A DNA stretch of 63,379 bases, filler included, from Octopus bimaculoides (GCF_001194135.2; 5 parts of 5 records of this genome joined end to end with filler, not necessarily neighbours in it); one strand, 5' to 3'. Counted from the whole stretch's first letter, positions 38,966 through 53,575 are shown. Notes: generated from the letters alone by a model not told the origin. Translations and numbers: made by a program.

Positions 38966-39149
38966 TATCTGCGTTAGCAGATATACGTGTCTGTGAGTGG
39001 AGATTCCGTAATTTTTATGTTTCAAATAAATAAATCAAAAATAAACAAATTTTTTAAATGCTTATGTTTCAAAAGTCTGTGATTTCAAAAATGGAGGGAA
39101 GGATTTCTTCTTTGTTTTAGATGGATTAGAAGCTCGCTTTGTAGCTACG

Positions 39150-40010
39150 CGGTTTCGCTTTCGGTCGCAATGTGCCGCAGGTGTCTTCTGCTATAGACTC
39201 TGGCCCGACCAGTACCTTGTGAGTGAATTTGGTAGAGAGAAACAGTGAAGAAGCCTGCTACACACATACATACGTACATACATATATATATATATATATA
39301 TAAAATAAATAATAAATGAGTATATGCATATATACGTACAGGTATGTGCATATGCATATATATATATNNNNNNNNNNTATGTATGTATATATGTGTGTAT
39401 GTGTGTGTGTGTGTATTGTGATTATGTATATATTGAATATATACATGCATACATATATACTTATATATACATACATATACACATGTATACACGCACATAC
39501 ATATATATTTACATACATACATAATACATGCATATATACATATATACACACATACATACATACATACATGCATACGTTCGTTGCTTCCCAATCACATGGT
39601 CCAAGGTTCAGTCTCATTCAGCGATACCTTGGGTAATTGTCTTCTACTATAGCCTTGGGCCCACCAAATCCTTGAGTGAATTTGGTGGACGAAAATTGAA
39701 AGAAGCCCGTTGCGTGTTTGTGTGTGTATGTGTGTGTGTGTGTGTGTACGTGTGTACATGCGTGCGTGTGTGCGTGCGTGCGTGCGTGTAATACATGTGT
39801 GTGTGTGTGTGTGTGTGTGTAAGTATATGTGTATGTGTCTGTTTGTGTTTGTCTCCCCCGTCACGATTTGAAACCCAGTATTGGTGTGTTACGTTCCCGT
39901 AACTTAGTGCTTCGGAATAAACCACCAACAGAATAAATACTAGGCTTTACTAAATAAGTCTTGTGATCGATTTGTTCGACTTAAGCCCTTTTAGACGGTG
40001 CTCCAGCATA
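39150..40010 (+). mobile_element. Partial SINE family A copies interleaved with microsatellites
   Basis: Heads at about 39150 and about 39580; 3' part at about 39840-40010. Confidence 0.7.
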
Positions 40011-41609
40011 TATCGTTCGGTCTGGGAATTGAAACCACGATCTTGGGATCGCAAGTGCGTCAGTCCAACCTCTAGGCCACGCGCCCTCACGTGTGTGCAT
40101 ATGTGTGTGTGTGTGTGTGTGCCGCCACGCATGACAACCGGTATTGGTTTATTAACGTCCCCATACCCTAGTAGTTCAGCAGAAGAACTTATTCTTATTC
40201 TATCTATAAGATAGAATAAGTAAGCGATATTTTGAGATAGATTTGTTTGACTAAAGCCTTCAACCTCAATATGGTCGTAGTCCAATGACTGAAACATGCA
40301 AGATTCAAAAGAGAAAACATAGTAATAACCTACACCCTTGAAAATGTGTCTTCGCAAAATTTCATTAAAAAATATACATTTCGACGAAAATAACGAGAAA
40401 ATAAAATCGTGTGTTAAGATGGATGGGGATCCAATTTGTCGTTGTTTAGCCCCAAGGTGAATTATTATACAACCCGATCCTTTTTAAGAAGATAGGGACT
40501 GATATGGAAAAGTTTGGCTGTTATTGATATTGCAGGTTCGTCTCAGGTCACCCCTTTCTAAACGACTATCCTGTCGTTTCCCCATATTCAGTGAGTCCAG
40601 AATCATATTGTCTAACATGTGCCCCCTTTTTTTAAGACGGCAGGATGTGATGTGAGACTTCGTTGCTATTGTTTGCAGGTCAAGCGATCACTTAAAAGCT
40701 CTTTTGTTGGCTTGAGATTTGACTGTTATTTCTAGTATATCGTTCGACCACACGGAGACTCCTTAGTGTATGTAGTTGTTCAACCTCATCTGATCAAGGT
40801 AGCTTATAATCAAAAGCGTTCTGGTCATGTCCATCCCATTCATTTTTCAGGCATTGTGCACTCAGAGTTAAATTATCCAACGTCTGCCTTTAAGTCTGTA
40901 GAGTGCGGTCTGAGGAAAATTTAGCTGCTATTTCTAGCAAAGTGAGCGGCTACGTAGAGGAACATTGGTTGAGGAGTGAGTTGGGTTGTTGATGTTGATT
41001 AACTTTGATCGGGAAGACTTATGATCACGTGGTCACAGACATGGACATGTTTGCCTCGACTTCCTTTTCAGCATGCAGTACGATGGATTACTTATGTTGT
41101 GTCATTCTCTTGTTGGATATAATATTAGTGAGGTTTGGCTTCTATTGCTCCAGATAGAATAACCATGTATATACATATCTCTTCGTTAGCTTGATTGTAC
41201 GTAGTGTAACGTTAATTCAGGAGAATTCATTATCCCTTCAGATTACCTTCCATTTTCATTCGGAATTGATAGCGATCGCTGCTAGGTGTTTGTCTAAACT
41301 TCTCTCGAAACGAAAATAATTTCAGTAAATCAAGAATATCTTGTTTGGTATTTAACATACATTTTCGTTTTTGCTGCGCAAATTCATCCATTGGCCACTC
41401 TTAGCATAATTTTGATTCAATTATGCAAAGCTCATTCGACCATAATTGTGCTCTTGTCTTTTAGTAAATGTCGGTGTCTGATTCGTGTGGATATAGCGTC
41501 TAGTTTAATATAATGTACTGTTTATAACCGAAGATCTTAAGCACATCAATCTTTAACTCACATACATACATACATATACATACATAAACGTATGTATGTA
41601 TGTATTATA

Positions 41610-41800
41610 TTCTTTTATTCCTTCCCTTGTTTCAGTCATTTGACTGCGGCCATGCTGGAGCACTGTCTTTAGTCGAAGAAATGGACAGCAGGATTTATTC
41701 TTTGTAAGCCTAGTACTTATTTCATCGGTATCTTTTGCCGAACCGTAAACACACCAACATCGGTTGTCAAGCGACGGTGGTGTGACAAACACAGACACCC
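41610..41800 (-). mobile_element. SINE family A, 3' half
   Basis: cttgtttcagtcatttgactgcggccatgctggagcac. Confidence 0.85.
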
Positions 41801-41831
41801 AAACATATATATTTTATGTGTGTGTGTGTGT

Positions 41832-41871
<40 letters not shown>

Positions 41872-43692
41872 NNNNNNNNNNNNNNNNNNNNNNNNNNNNN
41901 NNNNNNNNNNNNNNNNNNNNNNNNNNNNNNNNNNNNNNNNNNNNNNNNNNNNNNNNNNNNNNNNNNNNNNNNNNNNNNNNNNNNNNNNNNNNNNNNNNNN
42001 NNNNNNNNNNNNNNNNNNNNNNNNNNNNNNNNNNNNNNNNNNNNNNNNNNNNNNNNNNNNNNNNNNNNNNNNNNNNNNNNNNNNNNNNNNNNNNNNNNNN
42101 NNNNNNNNNNNNNNNNNNNNNNNNNNNNNNNNNNNNNNNNNNNNNNNNNNNNNNNNNNNNNNNNNNNNNNNNNNNNNNNNNNNNNNNNNNNNNNNNNNNN
42201 NNNNNNNNNNNNNNNNNNNNNNNNNNNNNNNNNNNNNNNNNNNNNNNNNNNNNNNNNNNNNNNNNNNNNNNNNNNNNNNNNNNNNNNNNNNNNNNNNNNN
42301 NNNNNNNNNNNNNNNNNNNNNNNNNNNNNNNNNNNNNNNNNNNNNNNNNNNNNNNNNNNNNNNNNNNNNNNNNNNNNNNNNNNNNNNNNNNNNNNNNNNN
42401 NNNNNNNNNNNNNNNNNNNNNNNNNNNNNNNNNNNNNNNNNNNNNNNNNNNNNNNNNNNNNNNNNNNNNNNNNNNNNNNNNNNNNNNNNNNNNNNNNNNN
42501 NNNNNNNNNNNNNNNNNNNNNNNNNNNNNNNNNNNNNNNNNNNNNNNNNNNNNNNNNNNNNNNNNNNNNNNNNNNNNNNNNNNNNNNNNNNNNNNNNNNN
42601 NNNNNNNNNNNNNNNNNNNNNNNNNNNNNNNNNNNNNNNNNNNNNNNNNNNNNNNNNNNNNNNNNNNNNNNNNNNNNNNNNNNNNNNNNNNNNNNNNNNN
42701 NNNNNNNNNNNNNNNNNNNNNNNNNNNNNNNNNNNNNNNNNNNNNNNNNNNNNNNNNNNNNNNNGCTCCAATATGACCATAATCAAATAACTGAAACAAT
42801 TAAAAGAATAAAAGAATGTGTGTGTGTGTGTGTGTACTGGAAATCTGGAATGAGAAACTCGGAATATAATCATTTAACTCCGAATAATAAAATCTATCCA
42901 GTTATGTATTTGTTAGGAAATCAAGACGACGAGGCATAAATGGTAATAGACACAGAGAAAGAAGTAGACAAAAAAAAAGAGATGGGAGGAGAGAGGTGTT
43001 GGGGGGGGGGAGAAAGAAAAAAATAAAGAAATATAAAACCAGGAGAGACAGTGAAAGATGAAAGAAAGAGTACAGAAAGACATAGGGTGATGAGAAAGAA
43101 GTGAGAGGGGGAGGTAACTAGAATGAAGCAGACCGTTCACTGACAAAAGATCCCGTAAGATACATTACGTAATGGTACAAAAAAAACATTTACGAGCGGA
43201 GAGTGTAGAGAATGAAGGAGTAAAGAATATATGTAAGCAACAGAAAGAAAGAAAGAAAGAAAGAAATAAAGAAGTAAAGAAAGAAAGAGAAAGAAAGGGA
43301 GAAAGGGAAAGGCGATTATTGCAGATCCAAAAGATACAATGATGTAATTGAGAAAGTGTACATTTATGTACATTTATGAGCGAGATCTGTAAAAGTAAAA
43401 GAGAAGGGCGTAAGGTTTATGATTATGTAAACTAACTGACCGAATTAAGAGAGAGAGAGAGACAGAGATGAAAAGGTAGTTGAGGATATAGAAAGATGAA
43501 TATGTATTATTAAAGTTTATTGCAAGGGTTAAAGAGGGAGGAAAGAGGGGAGGGGAAAGAGACAGAAATAGAAAAAGAAAATGAAATGGAGAAAGATGAT
43601 TGATACAAATACATATACATACATACATACATACATATATACATACATACATACACACACACATATATACATACATACATCCATCCATCCAT

Positions 43693-43724
<32 letters not shown>

Positions 43725-44399
43725 NNNNNNNNNNNNNNNNNNNNNNNNNNNNNNNNNNNNNNNNNNNNNNNNNNNNNNNNNNNNNNNNNNNNNNNNNNNN
43801 NNNNNNNNNNNNNNNNNNNNNNNNNNNNNNNNNNNNNNNNNNNNNNNNNNNNNNNNNNNNNNNNNNNNTATATATATATATATATAAATATATGCATATA
43901 TATGTATATACATTACATGCATAATACATACATACGGGCACGCATACATACATACATACATACATACATACATACATACATACATACATACATACATGTA
44001 AAATAACTATACAAGGAGAATAGCTCTTTGGTACAAAAATAGCGTATAAATGTGTATACAAGATTACATACACTAATTCGAGTTTAGTTTTCCAAATATA
44101 AAAGGAGAAGTCAGTTTACTGGTAGTTTTCAGTTCTGAGAAACACATTTGGACCGTGCTTTGCTAATTGCAAATTTGTTTCAGAAAATGCGTCTAAGAAA
44201 AGAGAAAGAGAACTTCAAATATTTATATGAACTGACAGAACTCAAGAAACTTCTGTAATGATTTTAAAATTTCGAAGAATCACAGAATGTTAAACTTGTA
44301 GTTCGTCTGAGCAAACTTGTTTTGGTACCGACATTTCGAAATGAGCTCACTCTTAGAGTTTCAACATGTTAGAAAAATGAAAGTATGTCAAATGAAGAC

Positions 44400-45130
44400 A
44401 TGTTTACAGATAAACGATTCAGATCCTCTAAAATATGATTTGATAATTTCGTCCACTGACCACTGTATCTTAAAGTTTGTGGTGCTTTATCTTTCAGTAG
44501 AAAAATAAATGAATGGTTTTTCTTTTCTGCGGTCTACTAAAAAAATGTGTGTTGTGTGCCTGCTCTTAAAGCTTCGTTCTGTTAATCCGTTCATTCCTTC
44601 TGGCCTGTCAACTTTAACACAGTATGCCAATTCCTTACTGATGAGTTAACCATCAAGCAGGTATGGGGTGATGTTGGCACAATCGCAGTGATTGATTACA
44701 TTGCAGAAAACTGTTAATGTGTAATTTCTTTTGTGGATGCCATAAATCACATACCTGACATTGCTAGTACAACTATAGCTAACTTACAGGGTGTTCTTGT
44801 TGGAGATTTTGTGATACATGCAATCAATTGTAAGTTGCCTAGCATGTTTTTCGCGAGATTGGATGCTTCGCTTAAGCTGTGAAGAGGATAGACGGTTCAG
44901 CCATGCTTGCGTGGGTTTTATGACTTTGTGAGAAATATTGCATTTTCTGGTGGAAACTATTCCCTTGTAAAAGCATCGTGATTGTTGCAGGACTTTTAAA
45001 AAATGCTAGAAATTCGACGACAAATGTTATATAATAAATTCTTGAAGACTTCAAAAGGATGACAGGAGAATTTATTAAGACGTACCGATTTTTCACTTGG
45101 CTTCCTATAAAGGCCATTTTTTTTCATTGT
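44400..45130 (-). mobile_element. Decayed Penelope-like element (GIY-YIG endonuclease region)
   Basis: Minus-strand fragments GLTERSFKSRH and FKIQWS, downstream of a Cys cluster, resemble the PLE endonuclease. A possible decayed hammerhead lies at 44327-44359. Confidence 0.55.
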
Positions 45131-45172
45131 TAAAGAGTCAGGAAGAGAGACGGGAGAGAGAATGTGTGTGTA

Positions 45173-45233
<61 letters not shown>

Positions 45234-45729
45234 GAAAGATAGACAGACAGACAGAGAAAGATAGACAGACAGAGAAAGATAGACAGACAGACAGACAGAG
45301 AAAGATAGACAGATAGATAGACAGACAGAGAAAGATAGACAGACAGAGAAAGATAGACAGACAGACAGAGAAAGATAGACAGATAGACAGACAGACAGAC
45401 AGAGAAAAATAGACAGACAGACAGAGAAAGATAGACAAACAGACAGAAAGATAGACAGACAGACAGAGTTAGGCACACACACACACACACACACAACAAA
45501 GAGACACAAAGCTTGAGACAGACAGACAGAGACCAAGTGATTAAGATGTTCGCTTTGCAGTTTTGAGGTTCTCAGTTCGATCTCACAGCCTGACATTTTA
45601 GACAGATGTTTTGTAATACAACCTAGAGTCAGCTCAAGCCTTTTTAATGAAATTGGGTAGATGGAAACTGTGCAGAAACACACGAAATAGATTGCACCTG
45701 TAGTTCAAAAGTCAAATCTTGTCACAGTC

Positions 45730-46033
45730 TTTGTAAGCCTAGTACTTATTCAATAGGTCCCTTTTGCCGAACCGCTAAGTTACGGGGACGTAAGCACACC
45801 AGTATCGGCTGTCAAGCGATGTTGCGGGGGGAGGGACAAACACAGACACACATATATATATATATACATATATACGACGGGCTTCTTTCAGTTTCCGTCT
45901 ACCAAATCCACTCACAAGGCTTTGGTCGGCCCGAGGCTATAGTAGAAGACACTTGCCAAAGATGCCACGCAGTGGGACTGAACCCAGAACCATGTGGTTG
46001 GTAAGCAAGCTACTTACCACACAGCCACTCCTT
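45730..46033 (-). mobile_element. SINE family A
   Basis: Near-identical to 26003-26398. Confidence 0.9.
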
Positions 46034-46411
46034 GCAAATTTTAAAGGCTAATAACTTTTTTAATTATGGATTTATAGGGAAAATGAATTTTATTCTCATA
46101 ATTAGTATACAAAATTTAATCCATATCTCAAATTTGAAAGCAATTGGAACAAAATTGTAAAGAGTAGCGAAAACCACAAAGATCTTGAAATTCCACTTCA
46201 TTCTGCAAATCAATTCACACATTTTTTTCTTCACCTGGACAGTCGACATCAATAAACAGATAAAAGTAGTATTACGACCTCACTATCAATATTGTGGTGA
46301 GATTATATTCATGGTGCTCTTAGCATTTCTTTTGGGGAGGTTTCAATGTAATCATATTCATTTACTGATATCTCCATCAGCGGGATTAGAATTTGCGAGA
46401 GATATTACATT

Positions 46412-46452
<41 letters not shown>

Positions 46453-46950
46453 AGCACTATAGACAAGACGGGTGGGCAGTTCACCAAAACGGTCTGTTTG
46501 AGTTTCATAACCCTTCCTAAAACCGCACAAAGTGTGATATCTCCTAATTACTTGCCTGGTACTTTCCCTGTCCATTTTTCCCCAATTGGAATTTGTTACT
46601 CTATATTCCCAAATGAGCACGTAGGAATTTCTCATCCCTTTCACAGTCCAATGGCGATCACTTCTCTTATATCCGTAAACTATAACTGCTATTATCGCAA
46701 TATGTTATCTCCATGCATCCTACAACACCTATTTATCGGAAAGCATCGTTTTTTTATCTTTAATCACTGCCAGTATTGAGACTAGCGGTCTTCCGCACTT
46801 TTTAATTATTAATATATTGTAAAACAACGTTGCTAAATTTAGAGCCAGCTAATTTTCCTTCCGCGTTAGCATCAGCGTGATAAGTTTGCAAACTAATTTG
46901 GTGAAGGGCAAGTTAGCGGAAGAAATTATTTTCAAGAAAAAAAAAAGATT

Positions 46951-47417
46951 ATACTGTTATATTTCAGAACGGTCATTTTTTTTTTTTGCCAAATAAACAC
47001 ACGCACTGTATACTCGCTCTTCACTTCAGTTTTATTATTGTTTCTATTTTAGTGTCCTTTCTCTTAAATCTTTCGTCAACGACTCTCCATCCCACGTTGT
47101 TGCTGTTGTTGTGAATGTTGTTGTTGCTCTTGTTGTTTTTGTTGTCTTTGTCGATGTCTCCTCCTGTCCTGTTATAGTCCATTGGACTAAACAGGACAGG
47201 AGGAGACACGTGTGATGGACTGAACAGGATAGGGGGAAACATGTCGGATGAAGAGACATTGAAGAGGCCACAGAGTTTATTTCGCGAAAGATTTCAGAAA
47301 ACGGACACTAAAATAAGTATAACAAGGTTGAGGTGAAGAATGAGTATATAGTGCGTGTGTTTATTTGGCACCCCCCCCCCAAAAAAAAAACATGACCATC
47401 CCGAAGTATAACAATAT
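46951..47417. mobile_element. MITE with imperfect TIRs of about 80 bp, TA-flanked
   Basis: gccaaataaacacacgcactgtatactc at left is the reverse complement of gagtatatagtgcgtgtgtttatttggc at right. Confidence 0.75.
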
Positions 47418-47496
47418 CTGTTTCAACACACATTTTCACATCAAGAATCTTGCAAAACGAATGCAAGAAACGCAGAAATCACACTGTTTATAATAA

Positions 47497-48235
47497 TCTT
47501 TTCTATTATAGGCACAGGGCCTGAAATTTTGGGGGCTTGCCGCCTTATACTGTTTATAATAATGATTTCAAATTTTGGCACAGGGCCAGTAATTTTGAGG
47601 GAAGAGGCTAGTCGATTACATCAACCCCAGTGTTTCACTGGTACTTAATTTATCGACTCCGAAAGGATAAAAAGCGAAGTCGACCTTNNNNNNNNNNNNN
47701 NNNNNNNNNNNNNNNNNNNNNNNNNNNNNNNNNNNNNNNNNNNNNNNNNNNNNNNNNNNNNNNNNNNNNNNNNNNNNNNNNNNNNNNNNNNNNNNNNNNN
47801 NNNNNNNNNNNNNNNNNNNNNNNNNNNNNNNNNNNNNNNNNNNNNNNNNNNNNNNNNNNNNNNNNNNNNNNNNNNNNNNNNNNNNNNCTGTCTTATACTG
47901 TTTATAATGATCCTTTCTACTAAAGGCCAAGGCCTCAAATTTGTGGGAAGGGGATTAGTCCCCTCCCCACAAATATTATTATAAACATTATAAAGCTTGC
48001 CGCCTTATACTGTTTATAATAATGATTTCAAATTTTGGCACAGGGCCAGTAATTTTGAGGGAAGAGGCTAGTCGATTACATCAACCCCAGTGTTTCACTG
48101 GTACTTAATTTATCGACTCCGAAAGGATAAAAAGCGAAGTCGACCTTCGCGGAATTTGAATGCAGAAGTTGAGACGGACGAAATGCAGCAAAGCATTTTA
48201 TTCGGCGCGCTAACGGTTCTGCCAGCTTGCTGTCT
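47497..48235 (-). mobile_element. SINE family B-derived tandem cluster spanning a gap
   Basis: Identical blocks of about 150 bp at 47537-47687 and 47996-48147. Confidence 0.8.
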
Positions 48236-48494
48236 TATACTGTTTATAATAATAAAAAGAACTACGAACGAGGAAGAGAACATTATACTTATTTTAAATA
48301 TTATTAGTCTTTGGGTGTTTACAGTGGGAATGTGATTTCTATCGTAGTAAAATATTTTGCTATACCTGATAACATAAATACATTACTCACCTTATCATAC
48401 ATAGCTAACTTTGAGAAAGTTCTAGAAACTTATTTCGCCCTACATCCTCCCTCACTCTTAGAACTCATTTTGTATTAGGACGCCTTCGTGGTTG

Positions 48495-48554
<60 letters not shown>

Positions 48555-48588
48555 ACATTAGATAGATAGATAGAGAGATAGATAGATA

Positions 48589-49046
48589 ACTTTCTTTTAT
48601 TAGCCACACAGGGCGGCACTCAGAGAGGACAAATACAATTGTGGAGCTTTTCTTTTAAAAAAAGAAAAAGAAACTCGATCAAAAGGGATCGGTAGTAAAA
48701 GATACAAAAAAAAAAAGAGGATCAAAAGGGATCGTATATCAAGGAAAATGTTAATGGTGTAAAAAAGGGTAACATTAGGTTTATCCATGGAGAGAAAAGC
48801 TTAAGGAAAAGACCACGGTAACCTCGCCCGGGAATAGGATTTACAGGATCATGCTCAAAGAGGTATCGTCACTCGCACGCACCATCTTTGCTACATTCAC
48901 CCACCTTTTAATGAAACTTTCACGAGACAAAACCTGCCTCTCTATTCTCACCTTCCTTTTCAAGTGATGCTTGAAAAAGTTGATGAGCGATTGGCCAGAG
49001 AGATAGGTTTTCGTCTCTAATCCTTTCGCTCGGGTCCACCACACAC

Positions 49047-49047
<1 letters not shown>
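48589..49047 (-). mobile_element. 5'-truncated LINE (L1/Tx1-like C-terminus plus 3' UTR) inside a (GATA)n tract
   Basis: WWTRAKGLETKTYLSGQSLINFFKHHLKRKVRIERQVLSRESFIKRWVNVAKMVRASDDTSLSMIL-stop (stop at 48841). AATAAA near the 3' end. (GATA)n on both flanks. The clade is assigned from recall. Confidence 0.75.
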
Positions 49048-49134
<87 letters not shown>

Positions 49135-49702
49135 TTCGAAATAGATATATAAGCAGAAAAGGTAGATAAACAATGATTGGCGTAAAGAATGCATTCATAT
49201 GGGAAGTTGTGTATACGAATAAATGATCAAATCATTTATTCGTATACACGGTTTTCCTTGTGAATACATTTCTTTATACGATGATGTGTTTCTTACAGGT
49301 TCCGTCAACTAAATTTAATTCACTCACAAGGCTTTAGTCATCCCAGGGCTTCTAGTAGAAATTACTTGCCGAAACTGAACCCGGAAACGTGGTTGGGAAG
49401 CAAATTTCCTACCACACAGCAACGCCTATACAAATATTTTTATTATTCAGATTATAAATCAGTTCATTGTAAGTGACATTCAGCCCCATTATTAGGAAAA
49501 CAACAACAATTTTCTCATTGTATTGCTTAGTCTATGCAATCACTGATTTACTAAGAAATGTGAATGCTCGAGGTGTGTCCATACCAAGTTTAAAACATTC
49601 TTAGGCAAAACGTTCACAGAAACTATAATTATATCTATTATTTCTTCGTAAATGGCTTATTTAGCCTTTTTACAGCGGTTAAAAACATTTCAAAGTAAAT
49701 AG

Positions 49703-49754
<52 letters not shown>

Positions 49755-50006
49755 TTATCTATCTATTTATCTATCTCTTACACACACACACACACACTCG
49801 CTCTCGCAACTCGCTCGTTCTCTCGCTCTCGCTCTCACTCTCGCTCTCACTCTCGCTCTCGCTCTCACTCTCCCTCTTTATGTCTGTGCGTGAGTGTATG
49901 TATCATAATATATGAGCGTCCACGTGTGTCTGTATATACGTCTACATTCATCAGCATATTTACAAAACATTTTGTTCCACACTCGAACGACTATCGCCTT
50001 ACCTAC

Positions 50007-50060
<54 letters not shown>

Positions 50061-50438
50061 CTTCTCACGGACGTGCTGTCACATCGGCTGCGAAGGTAAA
50101 CGTTTATTTGACCTTTTACTGTCCACATTTTGTTGGAATTTTTAAATAATTTTGTTGCGAAGCACCTAGGCTTCATTTGTGTGTATTTTCAAGGGCAGGA
50201 ATTGACCCCCAGGGGCAGTTTCGGCCCTAGCAAAATACAAAAATTTCCTTCTTGACATTTGAAAAATGTCGAGAAACATAATTTTGGAACGCTTGTCTTG
50301 TTCTTTTGACAAGCATTTCCCGAGGCTTCAGATGCCAGNNNNNNNNNNNNNNNNNNNNNNNNNNNNNNNNNNNNNNNNNNNNTTAATTAATTAANNNNNN
50401 NNNNNNNNNNNNNNNNNNNNNNNNNNNNNNNNNNNNNN

Positions 50439-50492
<54 letters not shown>

Positions 50493-51018
50493 TACAATCA
50501 CCAACGATTGCTGCACTCTCGTTGCAATATTAACCATTATAATTTGATCATTTAAAAAAAAAAATTCATGAAATCTCAGGCAAGTATAAGTCTATATTTT
50601 GGCCAAGGACGTATTAAGTATTAAGACAAAACCACACGTGTACAGAGTATATAAATTACATAAAGACAATTTATATGAGATTATATGACATTCACATCTT
50701 GTTTTTGAGTGCATTAGCTTCGTAAGTGACGTGAATTAGCCAACTTTTTCGAACATAAAATGATATTAGATATTATAAACAGCCAATTTGAGAGAGAAAA
50801 ATAAGAACGAGCAATAGGCGAGGCGTCGGTGCGACTGTTGTTGTTCTGTCTCAAATTAAAAGAGTCGTTAAAGATTTTGAATAGAATGTCTGGCAGCATT
50901 GGTGTTGGTTCCCTGCTCTCTGAGATTAAATCTCGCCGAGGCTATGCTAGTCTTTTATCCTTTCGGTTTGATCTTGCTGATCAATAAAGTATCAATCCAG
51001 TGCTGGAATCAATTCTCT

Positions 51019-51082
<64 letters not shown>

Positions 51083-52156
51083 NNNNNNNNNNNNNNNNNN
51101 NNNNNNNNNNNNNNNNNNNNNNNNNNNNNNNNNNNNNNNNNNNNNNNNNNNNNNNNNNNNNNNNNNNNNNNNNNNNNNNNNNNNNNNNNNNNNNNNNNNN
51201 NNNNNNNNNNNNNNNNNNNNNNNNNNNNNNNNNNNNNNNNNNNNNNNNNNNNNNNNNNNNNNNNNNNNNNNNNNNNNNNNNNNNNNNNNNNNNNNNNNNN
51301 NNNNNNNNNNNNNNNNNNNNNNNNNNNNNNNNNNNNNNNNNNNNNNNNNNNNNNNNNNNNNNNNNNNNNNNNNNNNNNNNNNNNNNNNNNNNNNNNNNNN
51401 NNNNNNNNNNNNNNNNNNNNNNNNNNNNNNNNNNNNNNNNNNNNNNNNNNNNNNNNNNNNNNNNNNNNNNNNNNNNNNNNNNNNNNNNNNNNNNNNNNNN
51501 NNNNNNNNNNNNNNNNNNNNNNNNNNNNNNNNNNNNNNNNNNNNNNNNNNNNNNNNNNNNNNNNNNNNNNNNNNNNNNNNNNNNNNNNNNNNNNNNNNNN
51601 NNNNNNNNNNNNNNNNNNNNNNNNNNNNNNNNNNNNNNNNNNNNNNNNNNNNNNNNNNNNNNNNNNNNNNNNNNNNNNNNNNNNNNNNNNNNNNNNNNNN
51701 NNNNNNNNNNNNNNNNNNNNNNNNNNNNNNNNNNNNNNNNNNNNNNNNNNNNNNNNNNNNNNNNNNNNNNNNNNNNNNNNNNNNNNNNNNNNNNNNNNNN
51801 NNNNNNNNNNNNNNNNNNNNNNNNNNNNNNNNNNNNNNNNNNNNNNNNNNNNNNNNNNNNNNNNNNNNNNNNNNNNNNNNNNNNNNNNNNNNNNNNNNNN
51901 NNNNNNNNNNNNNNNNNNNNNNNNNNNNNNNNNNNNNNNNNTTTAACTATCTATCTCGTATCAGGAAAATTACCTCCATAAGACAATTCCCTCCGACAAC
52001 TACTCCCTAGAACAATTAACCCCTTGGTTAATTACTCCACTCTCCAATATATTAAGAAGTTTTAAATCATCATCTGTTGCCCTCAGGGGTAATTTCCTTG
52101 AGGGGTTATTGTCCATTGGGGGGTGTAAATGTCCTAGACTCATCTATCTATCTATT

Positions 52157-52203
<47 letters not shown>

Positions 52204-52835
52204 CTGTGTGGGGGTGCGTATGTTTGCGTGTGTGTGCGTGCGTGCGTGTGTGCGTGCATGCGTACCTGCGGGGTGGGGCGTGTATGTCTGTGCGTGGTGT
52301 TGCTGTGTTAGTATGTTTGTCCTATCATTACCTTTGACCTTTGACTACCGAATTTGGTTTGCTTACGTCCCTGAAACTTAACAGTTCGACAGAAGACACG
52401 GGTTGAACAAATATCAGGCTTTAAAAAAATAATATTGGGATCGATTTGTTCGATTAAACCCTTCAGGGCGTTGTTCCAGCATGGCCGCCGTACACTAACT
52501 AAAACAAGTAAAACAAAAATAAAAGAAAGACTGGATCTGATACTCGGGTAGAAGGAAAGACGAGTTGGTCACATTTTTGATCATATAAACCGGCTGGATC
52601 AGAAATGATCCAACAACAGCTATCGTGAGCCTAAGTAGCTTCTTTGCTTTTTCTCATTTTCGGATCAGACGTGTGATAGAAGACCTTCCATCCTTAACCA
52701 AACTGTCGTTTTCTACATCTAGGACTACATTATTCAATGTGTCCTTGCCTTTTCTAGAGTGGTTAGAGGAAATTTTGCTGCCATATCTTGCAGATCGTAC
52801 GCTGTCGCTGAGACCTTCTAGTTAGGACTTTAGAT

Positions 52836-52885
<50 letters not shown>

Positions 52886-52895
52886 GGTGGTGGTG

Positions 52896-52931
<36 letters not shown>

Positions 52932-53004
52932 GCAGCAGCAGTAGTAGTAGTAGTAGTAATAGTAGTAGTAGTAGTAGCTGCAGCAGTAGTAGCAGAAGCA
53001 CCAT

Positions 53005-53037
<33 letters not shown>

Positions 53038-53105
53038 CGACAGCAAGAAACAGGAGTAGCAGCGACATCTGCTTTCACGCTTATTAACTAAATGAAGAGA
53101 AAAGT

Positions 53106-53139
53106 ATGGCGTCAACAGTCGTGTATTTGGCGCTTCGGT
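53106..53139 (+). CDS. Candidate first coding exon of a 96-aa orphan protein (MASTVVYLALR)
   Basis: ATGGCG start in a CpG-enriched patch, followed by a perfect gtgagt donor, phase 1. Confidence 0.5.
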
Positions 53140-53246
53140 GTGAGTTTGTCCTTTGCAATTCCCCCCATTCACCCACATCAACGCGATTCGAGTCCACGAT
53201 TCCAAGATCCTAGCACGATTATCTAAGAAATACGACGCCTTCTACG

Positions 53247-53260
53247 ATTGCTATGGTGAC
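53247..53260. promoter_or_regulatory. RFX X-box-like motif (GTCACCATAGCAAT on the minus strand)
   Basis: One mismatch to GTNRCC(N0-3)RGYAAC. Lies about 110 bp downstream of the candidate first exon in a CpG-enriched patch. Function is inferred only. Confidence 0.3.
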
Positions 53261-53381
53261 ATAGAATTCGGTATCCAAATTGTACTAAACTAAATATGCT
53301 CTCGACATAAAAGTTCAGAGAAGAAAAAAGGCGTAAAGTTGTACGTAATCAAAGATAGACTTGAGCGAAAGAAGAAAGCAA

Positions 53382-53412
<31 letters not shown>

Positions 53413-53506
53413 TCACATTATTGCTCGTTCAGCGAATCAGAAGAAAGAGATCGTTTCTCTTTATGGATGTTTGAATACATACATATGAGCATATACATAC
53501 ATACAT

Positions 53507-53575
<69 letters not shown>

